Positions 52,288 to 62,860 of a DNA stretch of 63,137 nt are shown in pieces. Source of the DNA: Promethearchaeota archaeon (GTDB taxonomy: Archaea > Asgardarchaeota > Lokiarchaeia > Sigyniarchaeales > SOKP01); the NCBI GenBank assembly GCA_019894975.1, contig JAGXNO010000019.1:1-63137 (forward strand), in the 5' to 3' direction. Within the stretch, counting starts at the first letter, position 1. Each line of letters begins with the position of its first letter. The notes below the pieces were generated by a model that ran no database searches, had not been told where the DNA came from, and was given only the letters and a program-made list of their open reading frames with translations. The position numbers and the translations under genes are program-made.

Positions 52288-52550
52288 CTAATAATCTTTT
52301 TCTTTAGATTCTTTCGAGGATGAATACCAATCTAGCCATTCCTTGCGCCGACTCTTTTTTTGTTGCGACTCATCTGCAGCAGTGGCATTTTCATTTCTTA
52401 CTTTTTTCCAATCTCTGTCAAGTTCATGCCGTGTTAAGGATAAACCACATGATTGGCAAACCATTTGTTTAATAGCTGATTGGTATTTCATGAACCCACC
52501 GCATTTCAGGTATACTTTCAGGTAAGCGTACTTTCTGGGCAACGGGCCAT
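52288..52550 (-). CDS. Zn-ribbon protein, two exons (52550-52533, 52503-52288)
   Basis: Spliced product MARCPECGGFMKYQSAIKQMVCQSCG... restores an ATG start and a complete CxxC...CxxC; the ORF-track TTG version has only one N-terminal Cys. Confidence 0.85.
52504..52532 (-). other. 29-nt BHB-type intron in mRNA
   Basis: Exon helix AUGGCCCGUUGC/GCGGUGGGUUCAU; central CCAG/CUGA (3 bp + C.A); bulges AA|A and AA|U; intron stem GUA/UAC + GCUU/AAGU. Confidence 0.82.
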
Positions 52551-52904
52551 TTATCTACCAACTACTTTTTTATTTTTCATGATCTCTTAACGTAATAGAA
52601 TTATCCAAAATTAAAATAATTATTGGATTCAAAAAATAACTCAAAACCAAAATTGTTGATCCAATAAATTCTAATATAGTTGATTTTCTATCCATATTCG
52701 TTTTATTCTCACCTTCCAATAAAAATAAAAAAATTAGGCAATTTTGTTAAAAACAAGTTTCTAACGAGTTTGTAAAATTTCTAGAAGGTCAACACCATCT
52801 TATAAACACCTATAAGCAATAAGTTTAGAATCTCTAAACATGATGAAAAATGTATTTAGTAAAATTGTTTATTAACACCTGTATATTTTTTTCTTTTCAT
52901 AATC

Positions 52905-53345
52905 TTATTCCCGTGCGTAAAAATCAGAATCTGGAATAGTCGGCTTCGACTTGTCTTTGAATTTAAACTGCTTCTCTTCTAAATATTCTACTAAATCAGA
53001 CTCCCTAACTATAAATTTAGACCTCTCCCATATTTCATCTCGTCTCCTGTATGGATCATCATTATCGTCACAGACAATATCATCATAAGAGATTAATGAA
53101 GCAGGATTTAAACCAAAATCTATCAATAACTTCCGTGGATCTACATACAATGTGGTAAATCTAACAGCAATTATAATATTATTATTACCCTGAAAAACCC
53201 GACCATCAGTACACTTTACATCATCATCAAATATTAAGTAGGAAATACCGCTTACTTTATTGCTATTAAGGAAAGATATTTCATAAAAATTTAAAAACTT
53301 ATGAAATTCCTCATTAGATTCAACAAAAAATAACCACAGAAACAT
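52905..53345 (-). CDS. Hypothetical protein
   Basis: 146-aa ORF with protein-like composition, no motif recognised. Confidence 0.5.
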   Translation of the reverse strand: MFLWLFFVESNEEFHKFLNFYEISFLNSNKVSGISYLIFDDDVKCTDGRVFQGNNNIIIAVRFTTLYVDPRKLLIDFGLNPASLISYDDIVCDDNDDPYRRRDEIWERSKFIVRESDLVEYLEEKQFKFKDKSKPTIPDSDFYARE

Positions 53346-54323
53346 AATATTAACTTCTTTTTTTTTTATCTTTTAATATTATAAAAAAAATAAAAAAACA
53401 ATATATAAAATTATACCCAGTCCAATATTTTTGTTTTTTTATTGAATTGATTTTCAAAATCCTTCCATATGTAGGCTTCCCTATGCTGAGGTTTTATGTC
53501 ATAATTCACTGCTATTAAAATATCAGGATATAACATAGTACTTCTCGTTCCTATATTTCTTATCTTATCTTTTATAATATTACGTAAGCATAAAATTTTA
53601 ACTACCGAGAAGAGCTTCTCCAAAAAATTGAGCAATTTTTAGATAAGCAGTTTAAATAACAATTAAACCTAAAATTTCATAATTATAAATCAAAAAACTA
53701 ATATTAAATCAATTACCTAACATAAGTAGGTAGGGTGTTGAACAATATGGTTGAGAATAACAATCTCAAAGTCAAGTTAAATAGTTTTAATATATGCAGA
53801 ATTGGAGCAATTATAAAAATCTTAGAAAATTTAGTCGATCTAAACAGAGTTAAAAACCATATCGAGGCTAAACATAATTACAATGATTTTTCGAAGTACA
53901 TCAAGAGTTTTGAATTTTGTATATGTTTCTGCTTACATCAATTCTATTTTTGTCAACAAACATATCTGCTGAAATGTTAAAAATATCTTTTGCTAATATT
54001 ATGTATAATTTGCAATAGTAATTCCTTTACAGCTACATATATTATAAAATCTTTTATAACAAATAATTTCTTACTCATTTTAAAACTTTAAGAAATTTTC
54101 TAAAATTTTAATATAAATCAATAATCGATTGAGTTAAGTAAGAAAAAAAAATTTAACAAAATTCCGAAAAAAAGCAGGAATATTAATATCCAGAGTCTTC
54201 TGATTTACCAAAATATTCTTCGTAAGCTTTGTTTGAGGGTTAGTTACCGCAAATGATGGTAGATATAAAGACTGCCCGGAATAAGCGTTTGAAAGAACAT
54301 AATAGTCAAATAAAAGTGTAAAT

Positions 54324-55328
54324 ATGCATGTAGCAATACTCTCTCCGATTGCCTGGCGGACACCACCTCGGCATTATGGTCCTTGGGAATATTTAGTTTC
54401 ATTATTGACTGAAGGACTTGTTGAAGAAGGGGTTGAAGTAACTTTATTTGCTACGAAAGATTCTCAAACTAAAGGAAATCTTATTGGAGTATGTCCTCGG
54501 GGCTATGAAGAAGATAAAGAATTATTACCAAAAGTATGGGAGTGTATACATATTGCTGAATTGTTTGAAACAGGAGATAATTTTGACATTATCCATAATC
54601 ATTTTGATTTTCTTCCATTAACTTATATGAAAATGACAAAAACCCCAATAATCACTACAATTCATGGATTTTCTTCTCCAAAAATATTACCTGTATATAA
54701 AAAGTATAACAAGAAATGTTATTATGTATCAATAAGTGATTCAGATCGTAGCCCTGAACTTGATTATATTGCTACGGTTCATCATGGAATTGATTTAAAT
54801 CAATTTACATATAGGGCTGGAATAGGTAATTATTTATTATTTTTTGGACGGATTCATCATGATAAAGGAGCTAAAGAAGCCATTGAAATATCACTTAGAT
54901 TTGGTATGAAATTAATAATGGCAGGGATTATTCAAGATAAAAATTATTTTAATCAAAAAATAAAACCCTATTTAAATAATGACAAAGTTCAATATATTGG
55001 AAGTGTAAGCCCTGAACGAAGAAATAAGTTATTAGGGGAAGCTTATGCTTTAATTCATCCTATTAATTTTAATGAACCATTTGGATTATCTGTTGTTGAG
55101 GCAATGGCTTGCGGTACTCCAGTTGTAGCTTTTAATAGAGGAAGTATGCCTGAAGTAATAGCAGATGGTAAAACTGGATTTTTAATTAATTCAATTGAAG
55201 AAGCTGTTAAAGCATTAAAAAATATAAAAATCATAAATAGGTTTGATTGTCGCAAATGGGTTGAAGAAAAATTCAATGTCAAAAGAATGGTAAAAGATTA
55301 TATTCATATATATGAAAAAATCTGCTAA
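54324..55328 (+). CDS. GT4 family glycosyltransferase
   Basis: PPRHYGPWE, TTIHG, FGRIHHDKG, EPFGLSVVEAMACGTPV. Confidence 0.92.
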   Translation: MHVAILSPIAWRTPPRHYGPWEYLVSLLTEGLVEEGVEVTLFATKDSQTKGNLIGVCPRGYEEDKELLPKVWECIHIAELFETGDNFDIIHNHFDFLPLTYMKMTKTPIITTIHGFSSPKILPVYKKYNKKCYYVSISDSDRSPELDYIATVHHGIDLNQFTYRAGIGNYLLFFGRIHHDKGAKEAIEISLRFGMKLIMAGIIQDKNYFNQKIKPYLNNDKVQYIGSVSPERRNKLLGEAYALIHPINFNEPFGLSVVEAMACGTPVVAFNRGSMPEVIADGKTGFLINSIEEAVKALKNIKIINRFDCRKWVEEKFNVKRMVKDYIHIYEKIC

Positions 55329-55627
55329 GAAATAAAAAATTGGATATCTCAATTAGTTTTATAAAAACCTTGATATTGATCCGCTTATAAGATATCATAA
55401 TAACAATTAAAATTGCGACAATACCAATGAAGTTCTTACTATATTGGTTGGTTGCCAATTCTTTTCTTTGTCTTCATTTGAGAAAAAATATTTATTTGAA
55501 ACCAGCGGTGAACTAGTTTTTTTACTATGCATTTTCTTGGGATTGACACTCTATTGCTATCGTAGATTAATTCTGGGAATGAAAGGTATTCTTAAGTCAG
55601 GAATAGAAGAGAAATAAGGAAGATATA

Positions 55628-55946
55628 ATGACAAATTTATATTCTAATAAATTCACAGGACTGGGATGGTGAAATCGGCACTCCCTTTGATGAAGAAACC
55701 ACAAAAGAAACATTATTGGAAGATTTGCGAGATCAGTTAGCCAATATTTCAAGTGCTGAAGATTACGAATTACTTTCTCATTGTTCATTCCAGTCGGTTA
55801 GAGAAGCACAATTAAAAGAATTAAAAGACTTAGCAATTACCACTTATGAGAGCTTTCACGGAATTGATAACTTCTTAGAAGCCCTCGATATAGAAGATAA
55901 AGAGGAGTATAGACAATTACGGGAGGAACCATATACTTATTATTAG
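55628..55946 (+). pseudogene. Acidic hypothetical protein with a 1-nt frameshift just after the start
   Basis: ATG 55628 preceded by AAGGAAG; removing one A from ACAAATT gives MTIYILINSQDWDGEIGTPFDEETTKETLLEDLR..., continuous with ORF 55716-55946. Confidence 0.5.
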
Positions 55947-56084
55947 TTTTTATTATTTTTCGTACGTATTATTATATTAGAATTATCGAAAATTAAAATA
56001 ATTATGGTATAATTAATAAGATCCATATTTAATTTCAATGAATAATTTTGACTATAAAACCTTAGAGTTAAATAAGGTGTAAAC

Positions 56085-57290
56085 ATGAGTTCAGAAAAAT
56101 CAAAAGTTTATTTTGGTTCAGTCCAACACGGAAAAGTAGCTCAGATTGCTTGTTTTTCTGCAAAAGTAGATAAAATTACTGAAATGTTGATTGAACAGAC
56201 ACCTATTGCAAAGAAAGATAAAGTAGCAATTAAGATGCACCTAGGATTTAATGAGGGATATCAAACTATTCCTGTATTCTTTGTTCGGCGTCTTGTAGAA
56301 GCAGTAAAGAAGGCTGGAGGATACCCCTTCATCACAGATAATCCCACGGCGGTATATAATGCATATAAAAGAGGTTATACTCAGGAAACTTGTGGGTGTC
56401 CAATCATTCCGATAGCAGGTGTAAAGGATGGTTATACAACATCTGTAAAGATAAATTTTAAAGGAATCAAAACACTCGATCTTGGGGGTGCCTTAAAAGA
56501 TGCAGATGTTTTAATTGATTTAACCCATGCTAAGGGACATGGAGCATGTGGTTATGGTGGTGCTATCAAAAATCTCGCATTAGGGGGCTATTCAGGAATG
56601 TCTCGTTGGATGAAGATCCATGGTGTTGCTCAAGTGGATAAATATTGGGATAAAGAAAAAGGTACTCCCGAACATGCTAAGAAACTTGTTGATGCTTGTC
56701 CTTATGGTTCACTCAGATACGATGAAGCACAAGGCAATCTAATAAGAAATTACCATGATTGTCATCAATGTTTCACCTGTTTAGAAGTGGATCAAGGTGT
56801 TGGAGCATTAAAAGTTCCCCGAGAAAGTTATAGCGCGTTTCAGGAAATGATGGCAATCGCATCAAGTAAAGTACTTGAAACTTTTAAACCAGAAAAAGTG
56901 TTCTATTTGACTTTCTTATTACAAATAACAACTTTCTGTGATTGCTTGGGTATGGGACAGCCTCCCGTTGTTAATGATATAGGAGTTTTAGGATCTAAAG
57001 ATATTGTAGCAATAGAAACTGCTACTCTTGATCTTATTAAAAAAGAGGGGTTAATTGAAAAAGCTATTCCTCCATTTTTAAAGCATGTAAATTTAAATGC
57101 TGATGAAGATTTACATCCTTTTACAAGACTCCACGGCCCATACAAAGATCCATATGAAGCAGTAAATTTTATTGAAAAATTGGGTTTAGGGACTTCACAT
57201 TATGAACTAATTGAAATATTATCTCCAGAAGAAACAGCTAAAATGGAAACCGCTGAAAAGCAGTTTGAAGGAGAACCATCTTTCTTTTAG
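56085..57290 (+). CDS. DUF362 Fe-S protein
   Basis: VAIKMHLG, THAKGH, GGAIKNLALG, CHQCFTC, FCDC. Confidence 0.88.
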   Translation: MSSEKSKVYFGSVQHGKVAQIACFSAKVDKITEMLIEQTPIAKKDKVAIKMHLGFNEGYQTIPVFFVRRLVEAVKKAGGYPFITDNPTAVYNAYKRGYTQETCGCPIIPIAGVKDGYTTSVKINFKGIKTLDLGGALKDADVLIDLTHAKGHGACGYGGAIKNLALGGYSGMSRWMKIHGVAQVDKYWDKEKGTPEHAKKLVDACPYGSLRYDEAQGNLIRNYHDCHQCFTCLEVDQGVGALKVPRESYSAFQEMMAIASSKVLETFKPEKVFYLTFLLQITTFCDCLGMGQPPVVNDIGVLGSKDIVAIETATLDLIKKEGLIEKAIPPFLKHVNLNADEDLHPFTRLHGPYKDPYEAVNFIEKLGLGTSHYELIEILSPEETAKMETAEKQFEGEPSFF

Positions 57291-57344
57291 CTGAATTTTT
57301 ATTTTTTAATACATGAAAAGAAAAAAAATGAAATTTTTTATTTC

Positions 57345-58685
57345 TTAAAAGGATACAGTTAGATTCGAAAATGCAATATAGGGTAGGAGAGAATTTTCAA
57401 TAAATTCTGTTTCTTTTGAAATATGTTGGCAGTTTTTTATCATTTCAAGGACATTTCCGCTTACATTCCCAAGCTTTATCGGATTTTTAAATTCACCATT
57501 TTTGATATAATATCCATTCCTTATTTCAGCTCCAAAAAAACCGGATAATTCTTCAGGATTCAACCAAGAGAATTTCTCTATGATGTAACCTTCCTTTATG
57601 TTGGAAATCATTTCTTCTAGGGTTATATCTCCAGGATAAATTTGAAAATTGCTAACACCGTTATCTACAGCCCCACTTATACCTCTAATCCCATTACCTG
57701 TAGATTCAGTGTTTTCTAATATTGCATATTTTTCATCAAATATACGACTCTGGAAAATACCATTTCTAATAATTTCAGTGTTCTGGTGCGGAGTTCCTTC
57801 CCCATCCCAAGGATTAGTACTCAATCCTCCTTCGAGTAAACCATTATCAGCCACAGAAATATCTTCAGAAGCCACTTCCTCATCAAGTTTATATGATGAT
57901 AAATTCTGACTGAGAGCTTGTCCTGATGCATGAAAACCGACTACAGGAATAATGGCTTTATGTAATTCATATGGGGCAAAAACTACGGTTGCTTTTTTAC
58001 TTGGTTTTGGTGGTTTTGCGTTTAAATTATCTCTTGCGAGTTTAGCCCATTTTTCAACTCGAGATTGAAAATCAAGATGGCTTTTCTCCTTGAAATATTG
58101 GTTTATCCAAAATTCTGATAACTTACCATTCTTTTCGGCTTTTAAAGAAAATTCAATAAAGAAGAAGGTTTTAAGGGCGCTCACGTCTAATCCATTACTA
58201 TTTCTTAAAAATTTCTTTTGTGTGTGAATTCTAAAACGACCAAAAGTAGGAACGACTCCTTTCTGTTCTTCTACAACTGTTACTAACTCTTCACTTAGAA
58301 CTTTCTTACTTCCTTCTGGATCCTTAAGAATTTTATCTTCTGCTATTAGAATATCTTGAGGTGTTTTTTTCTCTGGAAAATGATATTTTGAACTAATATT
58401 GTTTTTGGAGATTAATTCACACACTTCTATATTTTTAGAAATTTCTTTCGAATCGAAAGAATTTCCTTTTACAACTCCAATTCCTGTTTGATCTCCTTTT
58501 TGAGTAAGGATGCGCATAATATACTCAAAATCATTGACTTCTCTTTCAGTTTCGGAATTAGTTTTAAGAAAGATTGTCTCATAATTCATTCTATCAATAA
58601 AGAGAATTTCATATTCCTGAATATTTTTTAACTTCAAATTTTTTTCAATTAAATCAAGTCTATTATCATTCATTCTTGGTCTCAC
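57345..58685 (-). CDS. pmbA: PmbA/TldE protease subunit
   Basis: WDGEGTP, STGNG, IKNGE, no HExxxH; paired with tldD. Confidence 0.85.
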   Translation of the reverse strand: MRPRMNDNRLDLIEKNLKLKNIQEYEILFIDRMNYETIFLKTNSETEREVNDFEYIMRILTQKGDQTGIGVVKGNSFDSKEISKNIEVCELISKNNISSKYHFPEKKTPQDILIAEDKILKDPEGSKKVLSEELVTVVEEQKGVVPTFGRFRIHTQKKFLRNSNGLDVSALKTFFFIEFSLKAEKNGKLSEFWINQYFKEKSHLDFQSRVEKWAKLARDNLNAKPPKPSKKATVVFAPYELHKAIIPVVGFHASGQALSQNLSSYKLDEEVASEDISVADNGLLEGGLSTNPWDGEGTPHQNTEIIRNGIFQSRIFDEKYAILENTESTGNGIRGISGAVDNGVSNFQIYPGDITLEEMISNIKEGYIIEKFSWLNPEELSGFFGAEIRNGYYIKNGEFKNPIKLGNVSGNVLEMIKNCQHISKETEFIENSLLPYIAFSNLTVSF

Positions 58686-60073
58686 CCAGGACTAATTAAA
58701 GCTTCTGTTATTCTTGTATAACTACCCCCACTTCCGACGGGTATATGATCTTCATCTCCTTTACCACATGTTCCTCCATCTATAGCAAGCTTATCGCGAC
58801 TTATTGCATCAATGTTGTTTAATACTTCTAAAACACTACCAGTTAAGGCAACAGCTTTCAGAATTTTTGTTTTTTCTCCGTTCTCAATTAAGTAGCCTTT
58901 CTTTGAAGTATTCTGCATTCCTCCTCCAAGAGGGTCTTCCATACCATAATATCCATGAACCAATATAACCCCATATTTAATTTCTGAGATCATTTCATCG
59001 AGTGAATAATCTCCTGATTCAAAATATGTATTAGTCATTCTAGGATGAACAGGGTGAGCAAAGCTTTCTCTTCTTCCATTTCCTTTAGGAATAGCATTCA
59101 AAGCGGAAGCAGTACGTCTATCATAGATAAAATCTTTTAAAATTCCATTTTCAACCAATACATTTTTATCAGCTTTAATCCCTTCATCATCAAAAAAGTA
59201 AGTCCCGATTGTATTTTCAATAGTAGGTGTATCGCATATTGTACAAATTTCAGATGCAACTTTTTTGTTTAACAGGGGTTTCAAATAGCTTCTACCTCTT
59301 AAAATCTGGTCTGCTTCAAGTCCATGTCCAAAACTTTCATGAGCAACCAAACCAGTCATCTGGGGATCTAAAATAACAGAGTGTTTACCAGAAGGTGCTA
59401 ATTCAGCATTTAACATTTCCAAGGATTGTTCTGCTATTTGATCTAATTTTGAATTATCTAATTCATCAAAGAATTCAAAACCTATCTCTCCTGATTTGAT
59501 GTAGTAATCAAAATCAGCATTAGAGCCTTCTTTTGCAAGAGGCATAGCAGCAAAGTTGATTCTGGGTATAACTTGTCTTAATTGACAACCTTCATTATTA
59601 AAGAATATTCGCTCCATTACTCGCTCAATATATTTAATCCTGACATTTACAATTCTATCATCATAGTTCATGAGATAGTCATGTATATATCGAATTTTCT
59701 GAAGTTTATCATCAATAGGTACATCTGAAGGATTTTGTTTTACTTTTATTTCCTTATTTAACTTCCACCCTTCAAATTCCGTTAAAGTTTCACCATAATT
59801 TGTAATAGTTGGAATTTTTTTGACAATTGATTTTGAAGATGCAATCTCATCAAAAGTAAATTCGTTCCATGTTCCAGTAAAAGTTCGAGCTACAATCCCA
59901 GATTTTTTGGTATTTACAGATATATCTTCAGCGGTCGGGGTTTTAGTTATAATAGTTGAAGAAACGGAATCATAAAGAATATCAAAATACTGGTTACTCC
60001 GTTTATAATTATTACAAATTTCCTCAAAAGTAGAGAAAATCTGAGAATATGATTTTTGGCTCATATTTTTCAA
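58682..60073 (-). CDS. tldD: TldD metalloprotease
   Basis: HESFGHGLEAD, FDDEG, GNGRRES, PRMTNTY, CGKG. Confidence 0.92.
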   Translation of the reverse strand: MKNMSQKSYSQIFSTFEEICNNYKRSNQYFDILYDSVSSTIITKTPTAEDISVNTKKSGIVARTFTGTWNEFTFDEIASSKSIVKKIPTITNYGETLTEFEGWKLNKEIKVKQNPSDVPIDDKLQKIRYIHDYLMNYDDRIVNVRIKYIERVMERIFFNNEGCQLRQVIPRINFAAMPLAKEGSNADFDYYIKSGEIGFEFFDELDNSKLDQIAEQSLEMLNAELAPSGKHSVILDPQMTGLVAHESFGHGLEADQILRGRSYLKPLLNKKVASEICTICDTPTIENTIGTYFFDDEGIKADKNVLVENGILKDFIYDRRTASALNAIPKGNGRRESFAHPVHPRMTNTYFESGDYSLDEMISEIKYGVILVHGYYGMEDPLGGGMQNTSKKGYLIENGEKTKILKAVALTGSVLEVLNNIDAISRDKLAIDGGTCGKGDEDHIPVGSGGSYTRITEALISPG

Positions 60074-60145
60074 ATCAATTTTATAGTAATAGTATATTTA
60101 GTTTTTAAATGGAAAAAATTAAAACTTTATTGGAGAATCTTTTTT

Positions 60146-61591
60146 TTACTCGATGTCTAATATGTCTTTAACCAATTTCTTTTTTTCTTCCAAATCTGTT
60201 AATCGGGAGATCATAACCCTCTGTGTAGCTGGTGAACCAGCCCCATGCATGCTTTCTGTCTTGTAACTTACTGAAGAGACTCCCATAGTTAAATTCTCAA
60301 TGAATCGCAAAACCCTGTAACGATCTTCAGCACATAAACCTTCACAAGTAACCAGATATTTTTCTAACAATGGTCCAATCTCCTTAGATTTAAAGTCAGC
60401 TTCAGAAGGTAGAGTACATATAATTCCCCCTGCTATATCTTCTGCTAATCGTCCTATTTCATATGGAAACCTAGTAACGTTCTGTTTACATACATTAGCT
60501 AAAAGCATATCCATTTCATAATTTCCTGCTTCTCTCTGAAAACCAAGAGAACTGCAGGCTATTCCGCAACTATAGAGCGTTTCATTTAAGTGTACCATCT
60601 CAACAAGTTTATCTCTAATATGGGAAGCCTTATCTGTTCCGTTATATTCTGAGATTAATGCAGCGGCCCCAATAAGAACATCTCCAACACCAACTTTACA
60701 ACCACCATAGGATTGACGATGAAATCCGCCGAAACGGTTGACTAATTCTCCTGAAAACTCAATCTCTCCTTTCATAAAAACATTTTCCATTGGTACGAAT
60801 ACATCATCAAAAATAACAAAGATCTCTTGTCCACCATATTTAAAATTGCCGATATCTAGCTTTCCCTCTTCCATTTTACGAGTATCACAAGATTGTCTTC
60901 CATACACTAATGTTATTCCTTTAGTATTAGTATCAATTCCAAAACTTACAGCATATTCTTCTTCACCAGCCCTTAGTGCTAACGTGGGCATGACTATCAC
61001 TCGATTGGAGTTTAAATATCCGGTTTGATGAACTTTTGCACCTCGAACGATAATCCCATCATCATTTTCATCTACAATATGAAGATATGAATCAGGATCA
61101 GGTTGCTGATTCGGTCTTTTACTCCTGTCCCCTTTAGTATCTGTCATTGCCCCGTCAACCATTAAATCCTGATTTTGGACCTCAATCCAATATTTCTTAA
61201 ACCGGTTATGATATCCTGTTCCGTTTTTTTTATCCATTTCATAGGTTACGCTGTATAATGAGTTTCCTGCATCAAATCCAACACATCGTTGGAAACAACA
61301 GGCAGTGTGTTGCCCTAATAATCTTTGCATTTTTACTTTATTAATTAGATCATCAATAGATTGATGGATATGAGTGAATCTATTTATTATTTCACCAGTT
61401 AAATGGGAAGTTGCGGTCATGATGCTACGATATTCATCCATTTGCGCCAATTCATAAATTTTCATTACAGTGTTAATTGATGGCTTAATGATTGGATGAT
61501 TCCAGAACTCTTCCACCTTTTCACCAAACATATACAAATTAACTGGTCTTTTAATACTTTCTAAATATTCTTCTGGTGTTTTTAATGGCAT
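60146..61591 (-). CDS. abfD: 4-hydroxybutyryl-CoA dehydratase
   Basis: CFQRCVG, GAMTDTKGDRS, HRQSYGGCK, ESMHGAGSP. Confidence 0.93.
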   Translation of the reverse strand: MPLKTPEEYLESIKRPVNLYMFGEKVEEFWNHPIIKPSINTVMKIYELAQMDEYRSIMTATSHLTGEIINRFTHIHQSIDDLINKVKMQRLLGQHTACCFQRCVGFDAGNSLYSVTYEMDKKNGTGYHNRFKKYWIEVQNQDLMVDGAMTDTKGDRSKRPNQQPDPDSYLHIVDENDDGIIVRGAKVHQTGYLNSNRVIVMPTLALRAGEEEYAVSFGIDTNTKGITLVYGRQSCDTRKMEEGKLDIGNFKYGGQEIFVIFDDVFVPMENVFMKGEIEFSGELVNRFGGFHRQSYGGCKVGVGDVLIGAAALISEYNGTDKASHIRDKLVEMVHLNETLYSCGIACSSLGFQREAGNYEMDMLLANVCKQNVTRFPYEIGRLAEDIAGGIICTLPSEADFKSKEIGPLLEKYLVTCEGLCAEDRYRVLRFIENLTMGVSSVSYKTESMHGAGSPATQRVMISRLTDLEEKKKLVKDILDIE

Positions 61592-61721
61592 AATTATTAT
61601 CTCTTCTAAATATATTGAGTTAGGTTGAATATTGATAATTTAGTAGTATAAAAATGCAAGTTTTTAAAATTTAATTGTAATGAAGAATAACTAAATGGAG
61701 AACCCTTTGGTTATAAATATG

Positions 61722-62657
61722 CTATTCTTCTTGTAATGATTCTTCTTCACTTTTTTTCTCGATTTTAGAAGTTTGAGAGAAAGCTTGAGACTGTTCTTCT
61801 AGATAACTTATTCTTTTTTCTAAAATAGTCATCGTTTCTATTATATTATTGATAATTTTATTTGTCTCCCTAATTTCAAAATGGAGATCCCCGAGTTGAT
61901 TAAGGATAAATGTCATAACTTTAGATTCTTGAACTGGTTCAATTAACCAATTTATTATATTTTGCAGAAATCTTTGATTATCTAAAGAATTTAACCCAAT
62001 GTTTGAATCAGAGGTAAAGATATCAATATCTCCGATTGCGACTACTTTTCCTTGTCCAAATTCTGTAAATGCCGCAATTATTTGCTCTTCCTCTTCACCT
62101 TCTTTAATCCATTGTTCATTGGTGCTATCAAATATTTCTGGCCAAGAATCTTGTTCAGATTTTAATAAAGGTTTCGCATCTTTACTTAGGAAAATTGAGC
62201 ATGCTCCACCAATTCTAATTTCCCTAATGTGCTTTGTTAATTGATTCTTTGAGAATTTTTGAATATGTAATGTACTTGTACAGTTTTGATTTGCCTTATT
62301 TACTTCTTTAATTAGGTTTTTTTCAAATTTTATACCAAATTTTCCAGAAAGATCATTAATATTAGTCTTCTGAAGATAATCAGACCCGTACTCACTCAAT
62401 AAAAGCAAACCCCCTCCCGATCTTACGAAATCAACTACAATTTTAATTTCATTAGAAGAAAATAAATCATCGATGGCATTCCCAATAACTAAAAGATCCA
62501 CATCCCTTACAACATCTTTTACGAGATGTTTGCTATCGTTTAATTTTATGGTTATATCCAATCTTCTTAATAAATTTGCAAAATCAGAGAATTCTTTATC
62601 TTCTATGTTCAACATTTCATTATGAGCGGTGTCAAATAAAATAGTTTTTTGCAGCAT
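61722..62657 (-). CDS. IFT52/GldG-like (GIFT, DUF4350-like) domain protein with C-terminal coiled coil
   Basis: ILFDTAHNE, FVRSGGGLLLL, GKVVAIGDIDIF, NIINWL, then heptad region. Confidence 0.7.
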   Translation of the reverse strand: MLQKTILFDTAHNEMLNIEDKEFSDFANLLRRLDITIKLNDSKHLVKDVVRDVDLLVIGNAIDDLFSSNEIKIVVDFVRSGGGLLLLSEYGSDYLQKTNINDLSGKFGIKFEKNLIKEVNKANQNCTSTLHIQKFSKNQLTKHIREIRIGGACSIFLSKDAKPLLKSEQDSWPEIFDSTNEQWIKEGEEEEQIIAAFTEFGQGKVVAIGDIDIFTSDSNIGLNSLDNQRFLQNIINWLIEPVQESKVMTFILNQLGDLHFEIRETNKIINNIIETMTILEKRISYLEEQSQAFSQTSKIEKKSEEESLQEE

Positions 62658-62860
62658 ATTTTCCGGCGTCTCTAAAGAATTAATCTCTCTAAAGGAAGGT
62701 CAATAGTTATTACTTAATTATTAAAATAAGGTTATGTCTCTAATGAAAATTCAAATATAAAAATCATTTTATATTGTTTCTCTATACCAAAAATTTTTAA
62801 CTCTTTTTTGGATTAGATCAAGTGATATAAATATGAAAAATATCAAACGGAAAATGATTT

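Noticed and set aside
52504-52542. ORF-track N-terminus MPRKYAYLKVYLK from TTG 52542
   Set aside because: It reads through the intron and loses the first Cys; ATG 52550 plus splicing gives a proper CxxC
53411-53980. ORFs 53411-53635 and 53735-53980
   Set aside because: Short, AT-rich, no motifs; likely chance ORFs or remnants
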